DNA of 64,000 bases from the NCBI GenBank assembly GCA_951406725.2, contig OX597817.1:97092001-97156000 (forward strand). The letters are read 5' to 3'. The translations under genes and the position numbers were made by a program. Under the pieces are notes generated by a model. That model did not search any database. It was given only the letters and a program-made list of their open reading frames with translations, and was not told the DNA's origin. The stretch's first letter is position 1. Every line of letters starts with the position of its first letter. This DNA comes from Octopus vulgaris. Taxonomy: Eukaryota. Below, in pieces: positions 12,864-25,468 of the stretch.

Positions 12864-14206
12864 TCTATATACTACTAAAACTCTCTGATTGCTTGCTTGT
12901 CTGTCATTTAATATAGCCAAACTAGCGCATAATGGGAAAAATACATGTATTGTGCCCTTTGAGGTTTCCCTGAAATGTGCATACAAACAGAATAAAACAA
13001 GTTTTGCATAAATTGGAGCACTGATTCTTGAGATATTGGCGGGGTTTGGGGTATAGATACCCCATAATGGGAAAATACTCCAAAAATAACATAACCCTCA
13101 AAGCGAAGAAACTCTAACCTTTCGATTAGACACATTCTTGCCAATGAAAAAATGAGCTGCTTTTACAGTAAATGTTTCTATTTTCACTTTTGTTAAACAC
13201 CATTTTAATCATTTAGAAATAATTTTAAGTGAATGTGATTTAAAAAATGTAAGTTGTTTGTACAGTAAGTATTTATATTTTTAAAAATTATTTTTAAGTG
13301 AATACATTACAAAAATTTTTTTTGGCATATTTAAAAATGAAAATGACTTCAAAAATATGGTAAATATTTCATAAAGGGCCCATTTGTAACCTTAGTTTGA
13401 AATAATTTTTTTCATAGGATTTTTCAAGTGCATTCAACGTATCTTACCTTCAAAGATTTGGCTGCTATTTCTAGCACGTCCTGCTATCACGTAATATCTA
13501 TTTGTGATATAGGACCTGAAGTAGCTGTTACATGGTAGCAAGGTGTACAAGAAATAGCAGCTAAATTTTTCCTTTTTTAGGAAAAGGAGCCGTTTACACA
13601 TGATTTCGATGTCATATTCATTGAAAGCATGTGAAATAACATAGAAAAGAAAAAAAATCCACAAAACAAAATTCTGTTGGTGGAAAAACTCCGAGGTCCC
13701 AACTATCCCTCCCCACTCTCTTTTCTGGAAGAAAGTTGCTTGTGTAGGGTTTGAAGATGAGATGCATTGAATGCACTTGAAAAAACCTGTGGAAAAAATT
13801 ATTTCACACCGAAGTACAAATGAGTCTGTTACAAAATATTTACCTAGGATAGGAACAGGCATGCAAATAGAAGGATCAATGAGACTGATAAAGCAAGGGC
13901 TGAATGTCTGGTAGAACAGAGGGAAAGAGACAAAGTAGAAAACATGAATTGGATGCTCATGTAAATACAAATGGAATAAAACAAGTTTCATGCAAATTGA
14001 ACCATGGGTTACCGAGATACCCAGTTTTTTGAGGTACCTTTATAAATAGTCAAACTGGCATATAATGGGGAAAATGCTTTGAACGTAAGGTACCATTGAA
14101 ATGTGAATACAAATGGAATAACAGAAGTAAATCAGACCATGGATTTCTGAGATTCTTTTCGGGTATCTTGAACTGTTGGTGGCTCAACAAGCCATGGGTA
14201 GTCTAG
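12864..14206 (+). mobile_element. Putative non-autonomous Helitron (old)
   Basis: A|TC TATATACTACTAAA start followed by TTGC/TGTC repeats. Ends GGGTAGTCTAG. Short internal repeats (CATAATGGGAAAA, AAATACATGTATTGTGCCC). Confidence 0.4.
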
Positions 14207-15008
14207 TCTTATATATAAATAGAACTTTCTGTCTGTTACCATCTTGCTGCCTATACCAACAAACCAATCTTCATGAAACTGTATACATGTTAAACTAACA
14301 TCCAGTTCGATTATAGGCTAATTGGATTTCAATAAAAATTGATAATGGGCTCCCTATGGGTGTTGGGCTATTATATAATAAAATAAGAAGGGTGCTAAGA
14401 GTGTTAGGTTGAGGGAAATAAATAGAAGGTGACTGATATCAGGGAATGGGAAGAGATAGGGACAGAATGAAAGAGAGAGAGAGAGAGAGAGAGAATGTGT
14501 TTACTGAAGGGAACAACGAATTTCAATACTTTGTTCTTTAATTTTTACCAATCAGTTAATGCATGTGCTTTAGTGAATTAATTATTGTATGCTCAGTTAA
14601 AACTTTTATAATTTGTCCAACAACAGATGTAAAATTAATACATGAAAGGTAAAGAGTTTTTATATTTGTTTTCCAGTCACTGTATTAAGATTTATTAGAA
14701 CTTTACCAATGTACTGAAACAATAAAACTATAGATAATGTCTTTCATTTTGTTTCATTCTTAACATAAATTGAAATATAACACACAATTCAAACTAGAAG
14801 ATGTAAGAATATAGAAAAATTCAGAGGAGTTGTTTCTTTACATTGCACCTTCAATACTACTTATATGGAATTTTACATAATTTCAAGGTTCTAATGATTC
14901 AGAAAAATATTCAATTCTATCTTCCAATTTTCAAGATAACCGTAGAATTTTCCATGGGCTACTACTACTACTACTAATACTACTACTCTGTGTGTGTGTG
15001 TGTGTGTG

Positions 15009-15058
<50 letters not shown>

Positions 15059-15576
15059 TAACTGAATAACCCATCGTTGTTAGGCAGTTTTTACAATAGA
15101 ATGTCTTATATAAATTTTTGTTTATTCCATATCAGACTGTTAATCAGGATAGATTTGTTCAATTTTTTGCCAAAAAATTTCGTTGATGGTCTTTTTCCTT
15201 TTTAAATTATTTACATGTTTGTTCGACCATTTCACAGGACTTTATTCATTAAAACTTCAGAAGTTTTTATAACTTTGGCAATTGTAATGCTTTGCTTTCG
15301 TTTGTTTATATGCAGAAAATACCAGCTTCCAAATCCTGTTTTCTGATTAGGTAAAATTGATTGAACTTTGAACCCTAGTAACATTTTACTGCAATTTTTC
15401 TGGAACAAATAAATAACAAAATCAGATTTAACGTGAACGTAATTTTAAAATTTTACTATGTAACATCAACAGGGAAGACCCTACAGAAGTAGAGAGATAG
15501 ACATGAAACAGTGTAATGGGAACAGGAAATGGAAATAGCCCCCAATTTTCTGGGTATTACTGGGTAATTCAGCTAG
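14207..15576 (+). mobile_element. Putative non-autonomous Helitron, head-to-tail with the previous one
   Basis: TCTTATATATAAA..CTGTCTGT..CCAATCTTCATGAAACT start, similar to the element at 22274. Ends CTGGGTAATTCAGCTAG|T. Contains GA, CTA, GT and TA microsatellites. Confidence 0.4.
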
Positions 15577-15578
15577 TA

Positions 15579-15618
<40 letters not shown>

Positions 15619-15620
<2 letters not shown>

Positions 15621-16181
15621 TGGTGTTCAAGAAGTCTCTCTACAGTCAGTATTTTATTGCGAAATAAATATAAGATGGTATAGGACTACAAAAGAATATA
15701 TTAACCTTTACAAGACCTTATAAAACTTTTTAAGAGCCATTGAAAGTGTTGTCTTTCATTTCAGTACGTAAGTTGACTCTTCTACATGTTTTAAAATACA
15801 TCTTGGAGAGTCTGATGCAGTATGGACCATGTGATGGTTATAATTGCATTTTATAGCTCATTAATGGTTTTCAGGCAATTCTTGTACACTGATCCTTTAC
15901 TTGCTCCCCAGAAAATAAAGTCTGGTGGTGTTAAATCAGGTGATCTTGGTGGCCAAAGTCCCTTTGAAATAATCAGTTCACTGAAAATCTCTTGAAGTAG
16001 TGCCATGGTGATGCGTGAAGTATGTGCTGTAGCTTCATCTTGCTGAAAGTATGCATTATTAATTTCACTTTCAGTGAGTTGGCCTACAAATGGATAGACA
16101 ATATTTGAGCCCACACAGTGAAAGACAAGTTGTGCATGCACAGGGTGAAAAAATTCATGGCAGAGTGACATTTTGAACACC

Positions 16182-16184
<3 letters not shown>
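15619..16184 (-). mobile_element. Internally deleted Tc1/mariner-superfamily element (WPPRSPDL type) with both TIRs, inside a TA tract
   Basis: YFQQDEATAHT...LWPPRSPDLTPPDFIFWG. TIRs are CATGGTGTTCAAGAAGTCTCTC and GAGTGACATTTTGAACACCCTG|TA. Confidence 0.88.
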
Positions 16185-16250
<66 letters not shown>

Positions 16251-16254
<4 letters not shown>

Positions 16255-17340
16255 TGTCACTCTGAATTTTTGAAAATACTTAAATGTAATTTCTCTTATT
16301 TTTTTTCTTGGAGAGCATCCAAAGAGAAACATTTTGGTACCTCATTTGTGAAATTTGGATGAATAGTTTAGGAAATATGACAATTTGAGTTGTCTGAGAA
16401 TTGGTCGAAATCTTGCCTAATTGACCTAAATGAATAATTAGTCCTATTTCTGATGTCATGTCTTTGCACCTGAGTTGATAATCATTGTTAGATTAATAGT
16501 GACCATGGTATAGCTGTTGCCTATGTTTTTTGCAGATTCTTTGAAAGGAAACTTTCTTTGGCAATTTTTTAAATATTCATGTAAAGCCTATTTTGTTACA
16601 TGTCTCAAACAGTCAATTTCACTGTTTTCAGACCTAGCTAAATCAAAAAGTACAAGCCACAGGGACTTGAGTTTTGACACATTTGTAGTAGGTATAGGAC
16701 TGAATAAATCCTGAGATTTTAGGATGACACCATAGTAAAAATAATTTTAATGAACTGTGAAAAATGACTATAAATTATGAAGTTTCAGATCAGGATGCCC
16801 ACATAACTTGGATTTTCTCCATTTTGATGGGAATTCTTCCCTCCAGCCCCACTCTTTTATTATATTTTTTAAAATTACTGTCTTAGAAATGATGAGGGTA
16901 AGCTTAGGAAAAAAAATGTCTGCTGTGATGAAATTATTTTCTCAGTATTTTAATGCATATAAAGATATGAGCAGCCTTGAATTTATAGTTTATCATTAAA
17001 ACCATGTTGATTATTATCTTATATTGACAGAGAAGAAGAAAATTATTATTATGGAAGAAAATAATTGCTCTCTTTTTTTTTTTCCAGTCATCTTATTCAA
17101 TGAGAACTTTTTAGATAATTGCTTTGAATGCAGTGATGCAAAGAATGCTCATTCATTATGTCATCTGATACTGACTGTGATTTTGATGCTGTTTGGCTTC
17201 AGCAGTCTTCACAAATACAGAACTCACTACCAATTTCTGCATCTGGTAAATATCCATTTTTTTTCTTGTACAGTCTGGTTTGCCTAAGTATTTTGGTTCT
17301 AAACTATAAGAAGAAAAATACAAATTAATTTGTCATTGAG
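16251..17340. mobile_element. Possible old DNA-transposon remnant, family not assigned
   Basis: Terminus-like sequence directly after a TA tract. Short Cys/His-containing minus-strand peptides (e.g. KWRKSKLCGHP). No catalytic motif recognised. Confidence 0.25.
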
Positions 17341-17429
17341 TATTGGGTTTGATAGGGTTTAAAAAAGATGAAGGCTATTGTCATGAGGCTCTGAAAAAGC
17401 CTCATGACAACAGCAAAGAATCATGGTTG

Positions 17430-18870
17430 GGCTGCACCTGCCTACTTCTAAAAGGAAGGTGCAAACCCTCATACTGGGTTGTGCAAGCATGACTTGCCTT
17501 ATGATGGCCAACGACCTGAAGAGAAGCTTGGGGTGAGATTGGGAAGTTGGAATGTGAGGAATTGAAGAAGACAAGGGTGGATATGTGCTGTGTGCAGGAG
17601 GCTAGGTGGAGGGGCCAGGGTGCAAGATTTGTGGGGGTCAAGGGAAGATGGTACAAGTTGTGGTCAGGAAATGGCAAGGGGACTGGAGGTGTGGGAGTTT
17701 TGGTGAAGGAAGAAATCTGTGAGTAGTGGAGGTGAGGAGAAAGAGTGACAGATTGATGACAGTAGTATTAGCATTTGAGAAAGAAGTGGTGTGAGTGATT
17801 TGTGGCTATGGTTCACCAAGTGGAAGAGGGATCACTGAGAAAGAGTGGTTCATTGATGAAATGGTGAGTGAGTGGGACTTACATGAGATAGATGAATTAG
17901 TTTTGGGCATGGGTGATTTTAATGCACATGTTGGGAAATGGATCCAAGGCTTCGAAGGTGTGGATGGGGGAAACATAATTGGAGAGATAAACATGGAAGA
18001 AAGATGCTGTTGGAGTCTTGTGATGAGGAGTTGTGTGTGGCGAACATGTGTTTTAGGAAAACAGAAAAAAGGAAGGTGACTTTCAGTGCAGGAGTAAATG
18101 AGACAGAGATTGATTTCATGTTGGTTGATGTGAAAAATAGAAAGTGTCTGAGGGATGTGAAGACAATACCAGAGGAATTGCAGCACAGGTTAGTGGTTGC
18201 TGACTTGGATAAGAAGAAAGTTGAAATGTGCGTGAGAAAAGGAATGGTTGAGAGGAGAAAGGTGTGGAAACTGAAGGAAGAAGAAATAAGAACAAGGCTT
18301 GAGGAGAGCGTCAAGGAGTTGGTAAGCATTGATGCACCGGATTTGTGGAAGTCTTTTAAGGAAGGGCTACTAAAGGCATGTGACAAAGTGTGTGGAAGGA
18401 TGAAAGGTAGGAGAGATCAAGGAGAAACATGGTGGTTGAATGAGGAGCTGAGGGATGCAATAGTGAGAAAGAAGGAGGTGCACAAAGCTTTATGTAATAA
18501 TAGGACTGAGCAAATGAAAGCCAAGTATAATAATATGAATAATTGTGCAAAGAGGGTGGTTGCAAGATCTATGAGGAAGTTGGCTGAGAACCCAGATACA
18601 GTGTTTAGGTTTGTTAAATCAATGAAAAAGAGGAAAGAAATGTTGAAGGAAGGATATGTATGAGGGGGAGTGATAGAAGGTTGAATTTTAGTGAGGAGGA
18701 CAGGGGAGAGTTTGGAAAAGAACATATGGAGGGAATTATGAATGGGATCAGAGGGTTGAAGCTGATTTGGTGAAGGGGCCAGTGGAGAGCGTTAGTTGGG
18801 AAGAAGTAGTGGAGGCAATGAAAGAATTGAAGACAGGAAAGGCAACTGGTCCATCAGAAATAAGTGTGGA
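17430..18870 (+). mobile_element. Second RTE-clade LINE family, APE and linker region, 3'-truncated
   Basis: CCVQEARWRGQGARF, LGMGDFNAHVG, TEIDFMLV, LQHRLVVADL, ETWWLNEE and LKTGKATGPS. Confidence 0.85.
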
Positions 18871-19004
18871 AGATATAACTTTGTATTTTGCATTTTATGT
18901 GTAGATGTATATATATAGATGTACATGTAATATGTACACATATATATATACACATATACATGCACTAGCACTATGACCCAGCAATGACGGGTCTTTAATG
19001 CTAG
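18871..19004 (+). mobile_element. Helitron-like 3' end (hairpin + CTAG), copy 1
   Basis: Near-identical to 33811-33943. Ends ACTAGCACTATGACCCAGCAATGACGGGTCTTTAATGCTAG|T. Confidence 0.7.
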
Positions 19005-19034
19005 TATATATGTATATATATATATATATATATA

Positions 19035-19703
19035 TCATCATCATCATCATCGTTTAATGTCCGTTCTCCATGCTAGCATGGGTTGAACGGTTCGACCGGG
19101 GATCTGGGAAGCCAGAAGGCTGCACCAGGCTCCGGTCTTATCTGGCAAAGTTTCTACAGCTGGATGCCCTTCCTAACGCCAACTACTCTGTGAGTGTAGT
19201 GGGTGCTTTTTATGTGTCACCTGCACTGGTGCCAGGCGAGGCTGGCATCGGCCACGGTCGGATTGGTGCATTTTATGGAAGCCAGTCAAGGCGGCACTGG
19301 CTTCGGCTATGATTCGGATGGTGCTTTTTACGTGCCACCGACACGGAAGCCAGTCGAGGCAGCGCTGGCATCGGCCACAATGGGATGGTGCATTTTATGG
19401 AAGCCAGTCGAGGCGGCACTGGCTTCGGCTACGATTCAGATGGTGCTTTTTACGTGCCACCGACACGGAAGCCAGTCGAAGCGGCGCTGGCATCGGCCAC
19501 AATTCGGATAGTGCTTTTTACGTAATTCCAGGGCCCTGGCATCTGCCAGGTGCTAGTCATAGGATTGGTTCAATTTCGATTTCACTTGCCCCAACAGGTC
19601 TTCGCAAGCAAGGGGGGTTGCCATAGGTGCCTGTCATCGGATGAGGTTCGATATCGACTTCGCTTGCTTCAACAGGTCTTTGTGTGTCCAAGGGGGGAAA
19701 GGC
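19035..19703 (-). mobile_element. RTE 3' UTR fragment with (GAT)n tail and internal ~60-bp repeats
   Basis: Reverse complement of about 37945-38527. (CAT)n at 19035-19051. Confidence 0.9.
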
Positions 19704-19738
<35 letters not shown>

Positions 19739-20109
19739 TTTACATCAATGTATACACACATAGACATACTTAAAATGAAACGGGAAAAAATATAGAGATA
19801 AATTCATAAAATATGTATAAAGGGCATGGATACAAATAGTATAGTAAGCAAACTCGTCTACGCATACAAAACATATAGAGATATATACATAAACACACAT
19901 TCACACCACACACACACTCACACACACACATACAAATGCAAACATATGCACAGATAAGGATACACATCATAGGAACACAGAATGGACTAAACAGAACAGG
20001 AGACATGGATGGGAAGTTGCTAAAGAGCTCACAGGATGTGTGATGAAGGGTTTCTAGACAATGGACACAAAATAAGAACAGGAATAAACAAGTGAAGAAC
20101 GAATATATC

Positions 20110-20520
20110 TTTTTTTTACCTTTTACTTGTTTCAGTCATTAGACTGGAGCACCACCTTGAATTTTTTTTGTCGAAATAATTGATCTAAATACTTATTTTT
20201 AAAGTCTGGTACTTATTCTATTGGCCTTTATTGCTGAACTGCTAAGTTACGAGGATGCAAATGCACCAACACCTGTTGTTAAGCATTAGTAGGGAGACAA
20301 ATATAGACAGATAGACACACACATGTAAATATACATACATACATACACACATGCATGCATGCATGCTTCTTTCTGTCTACCAAATCCACTCACAAGACTT
20401 TGCTTAGCTCAGGGCTATAGGAGAAAAACACCTGCTCAAGGTGTCATGGAATGGGATTGAACCCAGAACTATTTGGTTATGAAGCAAGCTTCTTACCACA
20501 CAGTCATGCCAGCGCCTACC
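20110..20520 (-). mobile_element. tRNA-derived SINE (degenerate)
   Basis: A/B-box-like head at about 20440-20520 (GGGTTCAATCCC on the minus strand). The tail TGACTGAAACAAGTA is shared with 53500-53550. Confidence 0.7.
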
Positions 20521-20554
20521 TATGTATAATTAATACATATGTATTATAATTTCA

Positions 20555-20700
20555 ATGGAGGGAGTAAGTCAACCCTCAGTGTTCAATTGGTTCTTACTTT
20601 ATTGACCCCAAAAGGGGAATTTGAACTCAAAACAAAGATTGATGTGATGCTACTAAGCATCTTGCCTGGTGTGTTAACAATCCTGCTAGCTCAATGCCTA
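20555..20700 (-). mobile_element. Degenerate SINE fragment of the family at 53770-53997
   Basis: TTTATTGACCCC...GGAATTTGAACTCA...CTGCTAGCTC aligns to 53868-53997. Confidence 0.6.
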
Positions 20701-21339
20701 TGTTGCATTCCTTATATTACCATTCATTTTGCTTAATATTTCCTTACTAATCTGATTTCAGATTAAGTTGGATTTTCTAAAAGCTACATTTAGGGTTAGA
20801 AGCAAAGTTATTGTTGTTGATAGTGATAATTGCCTGATGTTTTGCTAAAACCAAAAATCTGCTGGTAATGTTAAACCTTCCTGTCATGACTTTCGCTTCT
20901 CTTTTAGTATTATAATTGGTTTGTGTGTCACTCCTAAGTTTTGTGTTATTGAACAGCTGTGAATGTAGGTAATTTCCTGACTCACAAAAACAAGACTTGT
21001 CATATAGACTTTCTTCTTTTTGAGGTTTTTAATTTCTGTGTGTGTGTGTGTGTGTGTTTGTGTATTTCAATGATGCATATCGCTAAGCATTCTCAAGAAA
21101 ATTGAAAAATCAATGTTTTCAAATGCATGGTATTTGTGCAACATGAGTTGCATATACCTTTCCTTTTCACTATCAGAAATAGTGATTCAGTGACTTGCTT
21201 GTTGAAACATGCGGACAAAAATGCTATGGTTCAAATGTTATTTATAATAATGTATGCCAAAACGAATTTGTGTGTCAGTGTGTTACACTTTGATCTTCTC
21301 TCTCGCTATTCAGTGATACTTCTAATATTCCTCATGCTG

Positions 21340-21660
21340 GGGTGAGAGTAATAGTAGGCATAGAGATGGTGAGGACAGTAGTAGATTGACAGTTGTGATG
21401 GTAATGGGGTGATAGTAATAGTATGAGCCGTAGTTGTGATAGAGGTAGAGGCGACAGTGATGATGGTGGTGGTGGTAGCCGAGGTGGTTAGGGATGACGG
21501 TGATAGTAAGTAATGTGAGAGACAGTGGTGATGGTGGTGAAGGGGAAGGTGACAAAGTCAACGGTATTGGTGGTGGTGGCATCAGAAGTTCGAATGGTAT
21601 GTGTATGGCAGGTGTGGTGGCAATGGTGATGGTGCTGCTGATATTGATGGTTGAAAACAA
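21340..21660. repeat. Decayed (GGT/GAT/AGT)n low-complexity tract
   Basis: Trinucleotide-rich sequence. The overlapping ORFs are composition artefacts. Confidence 0.75.
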
Positions 21661-22273
21661 TCAACAGGAAGAGATGGAGTGAGAAAGAGGTTAGACAGAA
21701 AAAAAAAATTGTACTGACACCCAAACAAGAAGATAAAAAATGTTATTTATCATGCAGCTTTGCAATAAGTTCCAAGTTGACAAATTATATCATTATTTTG
21801 ATGAAAATTGTTCATTGCTTGAAAAATATTGGTCAAATTTAATAAAATTTAATATGTACTCAATGCACGAAGTATTATTGTTGGGCCCAAGGCTCAATAA
21901 AGAGCTCTCCACAGGAGCTAGCTTAAAATAAATGACACCTTGATGTTTACACTTTTGTAACAGTTTTATTTTGTAACTTATTAAGTAAATTCTTAATTTT
22001 CTCATCCTACACTTGAATGTATTAGTTGTCAATATAATTGATCTTTTTTAGTTACTAATAAAATTAGAGGTGTTCTTTAGCTAAAATAGTTTCCAGTTAA
22101 TTCAAACTGTTTTGTGAATATTCTTAAAAACAACAACAAAAGTTGTGACTTGTTCTGGATTTTTGCATTTTGTTAGAGATTTGTAGATATTGGCGCTATG
22201 TCTTTTCGTCCAGTGTCACTTCATCCATGTCTTTTCGTCTGACAATATTTTTGTCCAACGACTTTTTGCCCAA

Positions 22274-22656
22274 TCTCTCTCTATATAAACGGCAGTTTGT
22301 CTGTGCGTTTTCTGTGTGTCTGTTTTCTCGTACCCTCACTCTGACCACGGCTTTCAACCGATTCTGATGAAACTTGACACACACATAGCCCAATGTCATA
22401 ATTCAAAACTAACGCAGCGAAAATTTTGAAAAGTTCCCCCAGTTCTGAAAAAGATCGATAAATTCGACATGGGGTCAAGAATCTGAAACCCAAACCACAG
22501 ACCGTCTAGGGGACGCAACTCCACCTTTTTTATCCATAAAAAAAATTTACCATCATTTTTTTTCCATTTTTTTTCTATTTTTTGGCTATAACTCTCTAAA
22601 AATGCTTTATAGTTATTTCCCTTACAAACCTGAGCAACGCCGGGCGATACTGCTAG
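22274..22656 (+). mobile_element. Non-autonomous Helitron inserted in the MULE left TIR
   Basis: A|TC...CCTGAGCAACGCCGGG..TGCTAG|T with no TSD. Removing it restores CCAA|TTTTAAATAAAC, which matches the right TIR. Confidence 0.85.
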
Positions 22657-23543
22657 TTTTAAATAAACTCTTTAGAAACAAGGTGAAATATCTCTAATGA
22701 TATATTCACAGAACTATAACAAGCCTTGTTATAGGATTGTTATTATCATTCTTTTTCTTTCTCTCTCTTAAGTATGGTGCTGTGTATAGAGGGTGCTGCA
22801 AATTTAATATACATATTTTTAATTTACCCATCCCAAAATGACAAAGTTCATAGTATCAACCAAAGACAAAACAAAAGTAGTTGATGAAAGTAATTACATT
22901 TATGATTTTCTTTCGAGCATTACAAAACTAAGAAAAGAATACTGGAGATATGAGAAAAGAAGGCTATATTCAGTGCGAATTCACACTGTAATGGAAAACA
23001 ATGAGCCAAAAATTATTTATTTTTCTAGTGGGTACCTTCATCCAGCTGATGTAGATTTGTTAAATGCTAGAAAAGCAGTTGCAGAAATAAAGCATGAAGC
23101 GGTGGAAAACATAGCAGCAAGTTTGCATAGCATAATAGCGGCTAAGTTTACGCAGCTAACAGAAAATACTTGCTCACAACTTCTTCGTTTGCCTGTACTT
23201 TTCAGGATTATTCAAAGGTGCTGACAAAAAAATTCTGGATTTGCCGCTAATCCAGGGGCTAGGACTGGTTTTAAAATACCTCAACAATATTGTAAACTTG
23301 ATAATGGCGAACAGTTTCTGAGATACGATTCAGGTATTGAGGATCAACAATGCTTACTAGTATTTGCATCAGAAAGTGCTCTTCAGGATATAGCATCATA
23401 TCATCATTGGGCATGTGATAGAATGTTCAAAATTGTGCCAGAACAGTTGTTTCAACTGTTTAACATTCATGTACAAGTTAAAGGTAGCAGTTTTCACAGG
23501 TCTTTGCATTACTACCGAATAAAACAAATCAGATATATGAATT

Positions 23544-25468
23544 TGTTTGGGTGTGTGCCAGGGAAAAGCACCACTGATGCTATATTCCTGGTAAGGCAGC
23601 TGCAGGAGAAATACCTAGCCAAAGATAAGCCCCTGTACCTGGCTTTCGTTGACATGGAGAAAGCCTTTGATAGGCTTGGAGAAAGCCTTTGATAGGGTCC
23701 CCCGATCCCTCATCTGGTGGTCAATGAGGAAACTAGGGATAGATGAATGGCTGGTGAGGGCTGTGCAAGCCATGTACAGAGATGCCGTAAGTAAGGTTAG
23801 GGTTGGCAACATGTACACAGAAGAATTCAAAGTAGAGGTTGGAGTCCACCAGGGTTCAGTACTCAGCCCCCTCCTATTTATCATAGTCCCCCAGGCAATA
23901 ACAGAGGAATTCAAGACAGGTTGCCCCTGAGAGCTCCTCTATGCTGACGACCTCGCTCTAATTGCTGAGTCACTATCAGAACTGGAGGAGAAGTTCCAGG
24001 TGTGGAAGGAGGGTTTAGAATCGAGGGGCCTTAGAGTCAACCTAGCTAAATCCAAAGTACTAATAAGTAGAAAGGTAGGCAATCCACAAATGTCCTCAGG
24101 AAGATGGCCCTGCTCGATCTGTAGAAAAGGTGTAAGTAGAAACTCTATAAGATGTACCCAGTGTAAGCTATGGACACATAAGAGGTGCAGCAATGTCAAA
24201 GGTAGGCTAACTGGGAAGATAGTTTTCATATGTGGCAGATGCTCGGAAGCATTGACCTCCGAAAATCTGCAGAAAACAACTTCCGTCACTTTCCAGGGGG
24301 AAAAATTAGAAGTAGTTGATAGCTTCCGTTATCTAGGTGACCAAGTCAGTAGTGGGGGTGGGTGCGCTGAGAGTGTAACTGCTAGAATAAGAATAGCCTG
24401 GGCAAAGTTTAGGGAGCTCTTACCTCTGCTGGTGACTAAAGGCCTCTCGCTCAGAGTAAAGGGCAGACTGTATGATGCATGTGTTCGAACTGCCATGCTA
24501 CATGGCAGTGAAACATGGGCCGTGACTGCTGAGGACACGCGTAAGCTCATGAGGAATGAAGCCAGTATTCTCCGATGGATGTGTAATGTCAGTGTACTTA
24601 CTCGACAGAGCGTTAGTTCCCTGAGAGAAATGTTGTACCTAAGAAGCATCAGTTGTTGCGTGCAAGAGAGACGATTGCGCTGGTATGGTCATGTGGCGAG
24701 AATGGATGAAGATAGGTGTGTGAGAAAGTGCCAATCCCTAGCAGTTGAGGGAACCCGTGGAAGAGGTAGACCCAGGAAAACCTGGGACGAGGTGGTGAAG
24801 CACGACCTTCGAACGTTAGGTCTCACCATGGAAATGACTAGAGACCGAGACCTATGGAAGTATGCTGTGCGTGAGAAGACCCGGCAAGACTAGTGAAGCC
24901 ATAACCCGTGGCCCCTACCTGGGACGTAGTCAGTCCACCTGTGCATACCTTCCTGATTGTGACACTTGTGAAGACCTGTTGAGGCAAATCAAATCAAAGT
25001 CAAATTGAATCAAGTCAAACCAAATCAAAATAGATAAACATCAATGGAATTTGTATCCTTGTGGTACCAGTGCCGGTGGCACATAAGAAAACCATCCGAA
25101 CGGGACCGTAGCCAGTACCGCATCGACTGGCCTCCGTGCCATGGGCACGTAACAAACACCATCCAATCGTAGCCGTTCGCCAGCCTCGTCTGGCACCTGT
25201 GTCGGTGGCACATAAGAAAACACCGAAAACACCATATCCGAGCGTGGCCGTCTGCCAGCCTCGTCTGGCACCTGTGTCGGTGGCACATAAAATCACCCAC
25301 TACACTCTCGGAGTGGTTGGCATTAGGAAGGGCATCCAGCTGTAGAAACACTGCCAGATCTGACTGGCCTGGTGTAGCCTTCGGGCTTGCCAGACCCCAG
25401 TTGAACCGTCCAACCCATGCTAGCATGGAAAGCGGACGTTAAACGATGATGATGATGATGATGATGAT
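23544..25468 (+). mobile_element. 5'-truncated RTE LINE (RT, PHD-like finger, 3' UTR, (GAT)n tail) inserted in the MULE transposase
   Basis: [46 protein letters not shown] and RGRGRPRKTW. ATGAATT on both sides is a probable TSD. MULE coding resumes after the tail. Confidence 0.95.

Noticed and set aside
13434-13991. 185-aa hydrophobic minus-strand ORF
   Set aside because: No recognisable motif. It is the antisense of purine-rich repeat-derived DNA.
23655-23697. 22-bp tandem duplication in the RTE RT
   Set aside because: A copy-specific frameshifting slippage, absent from the copy at about 36720.
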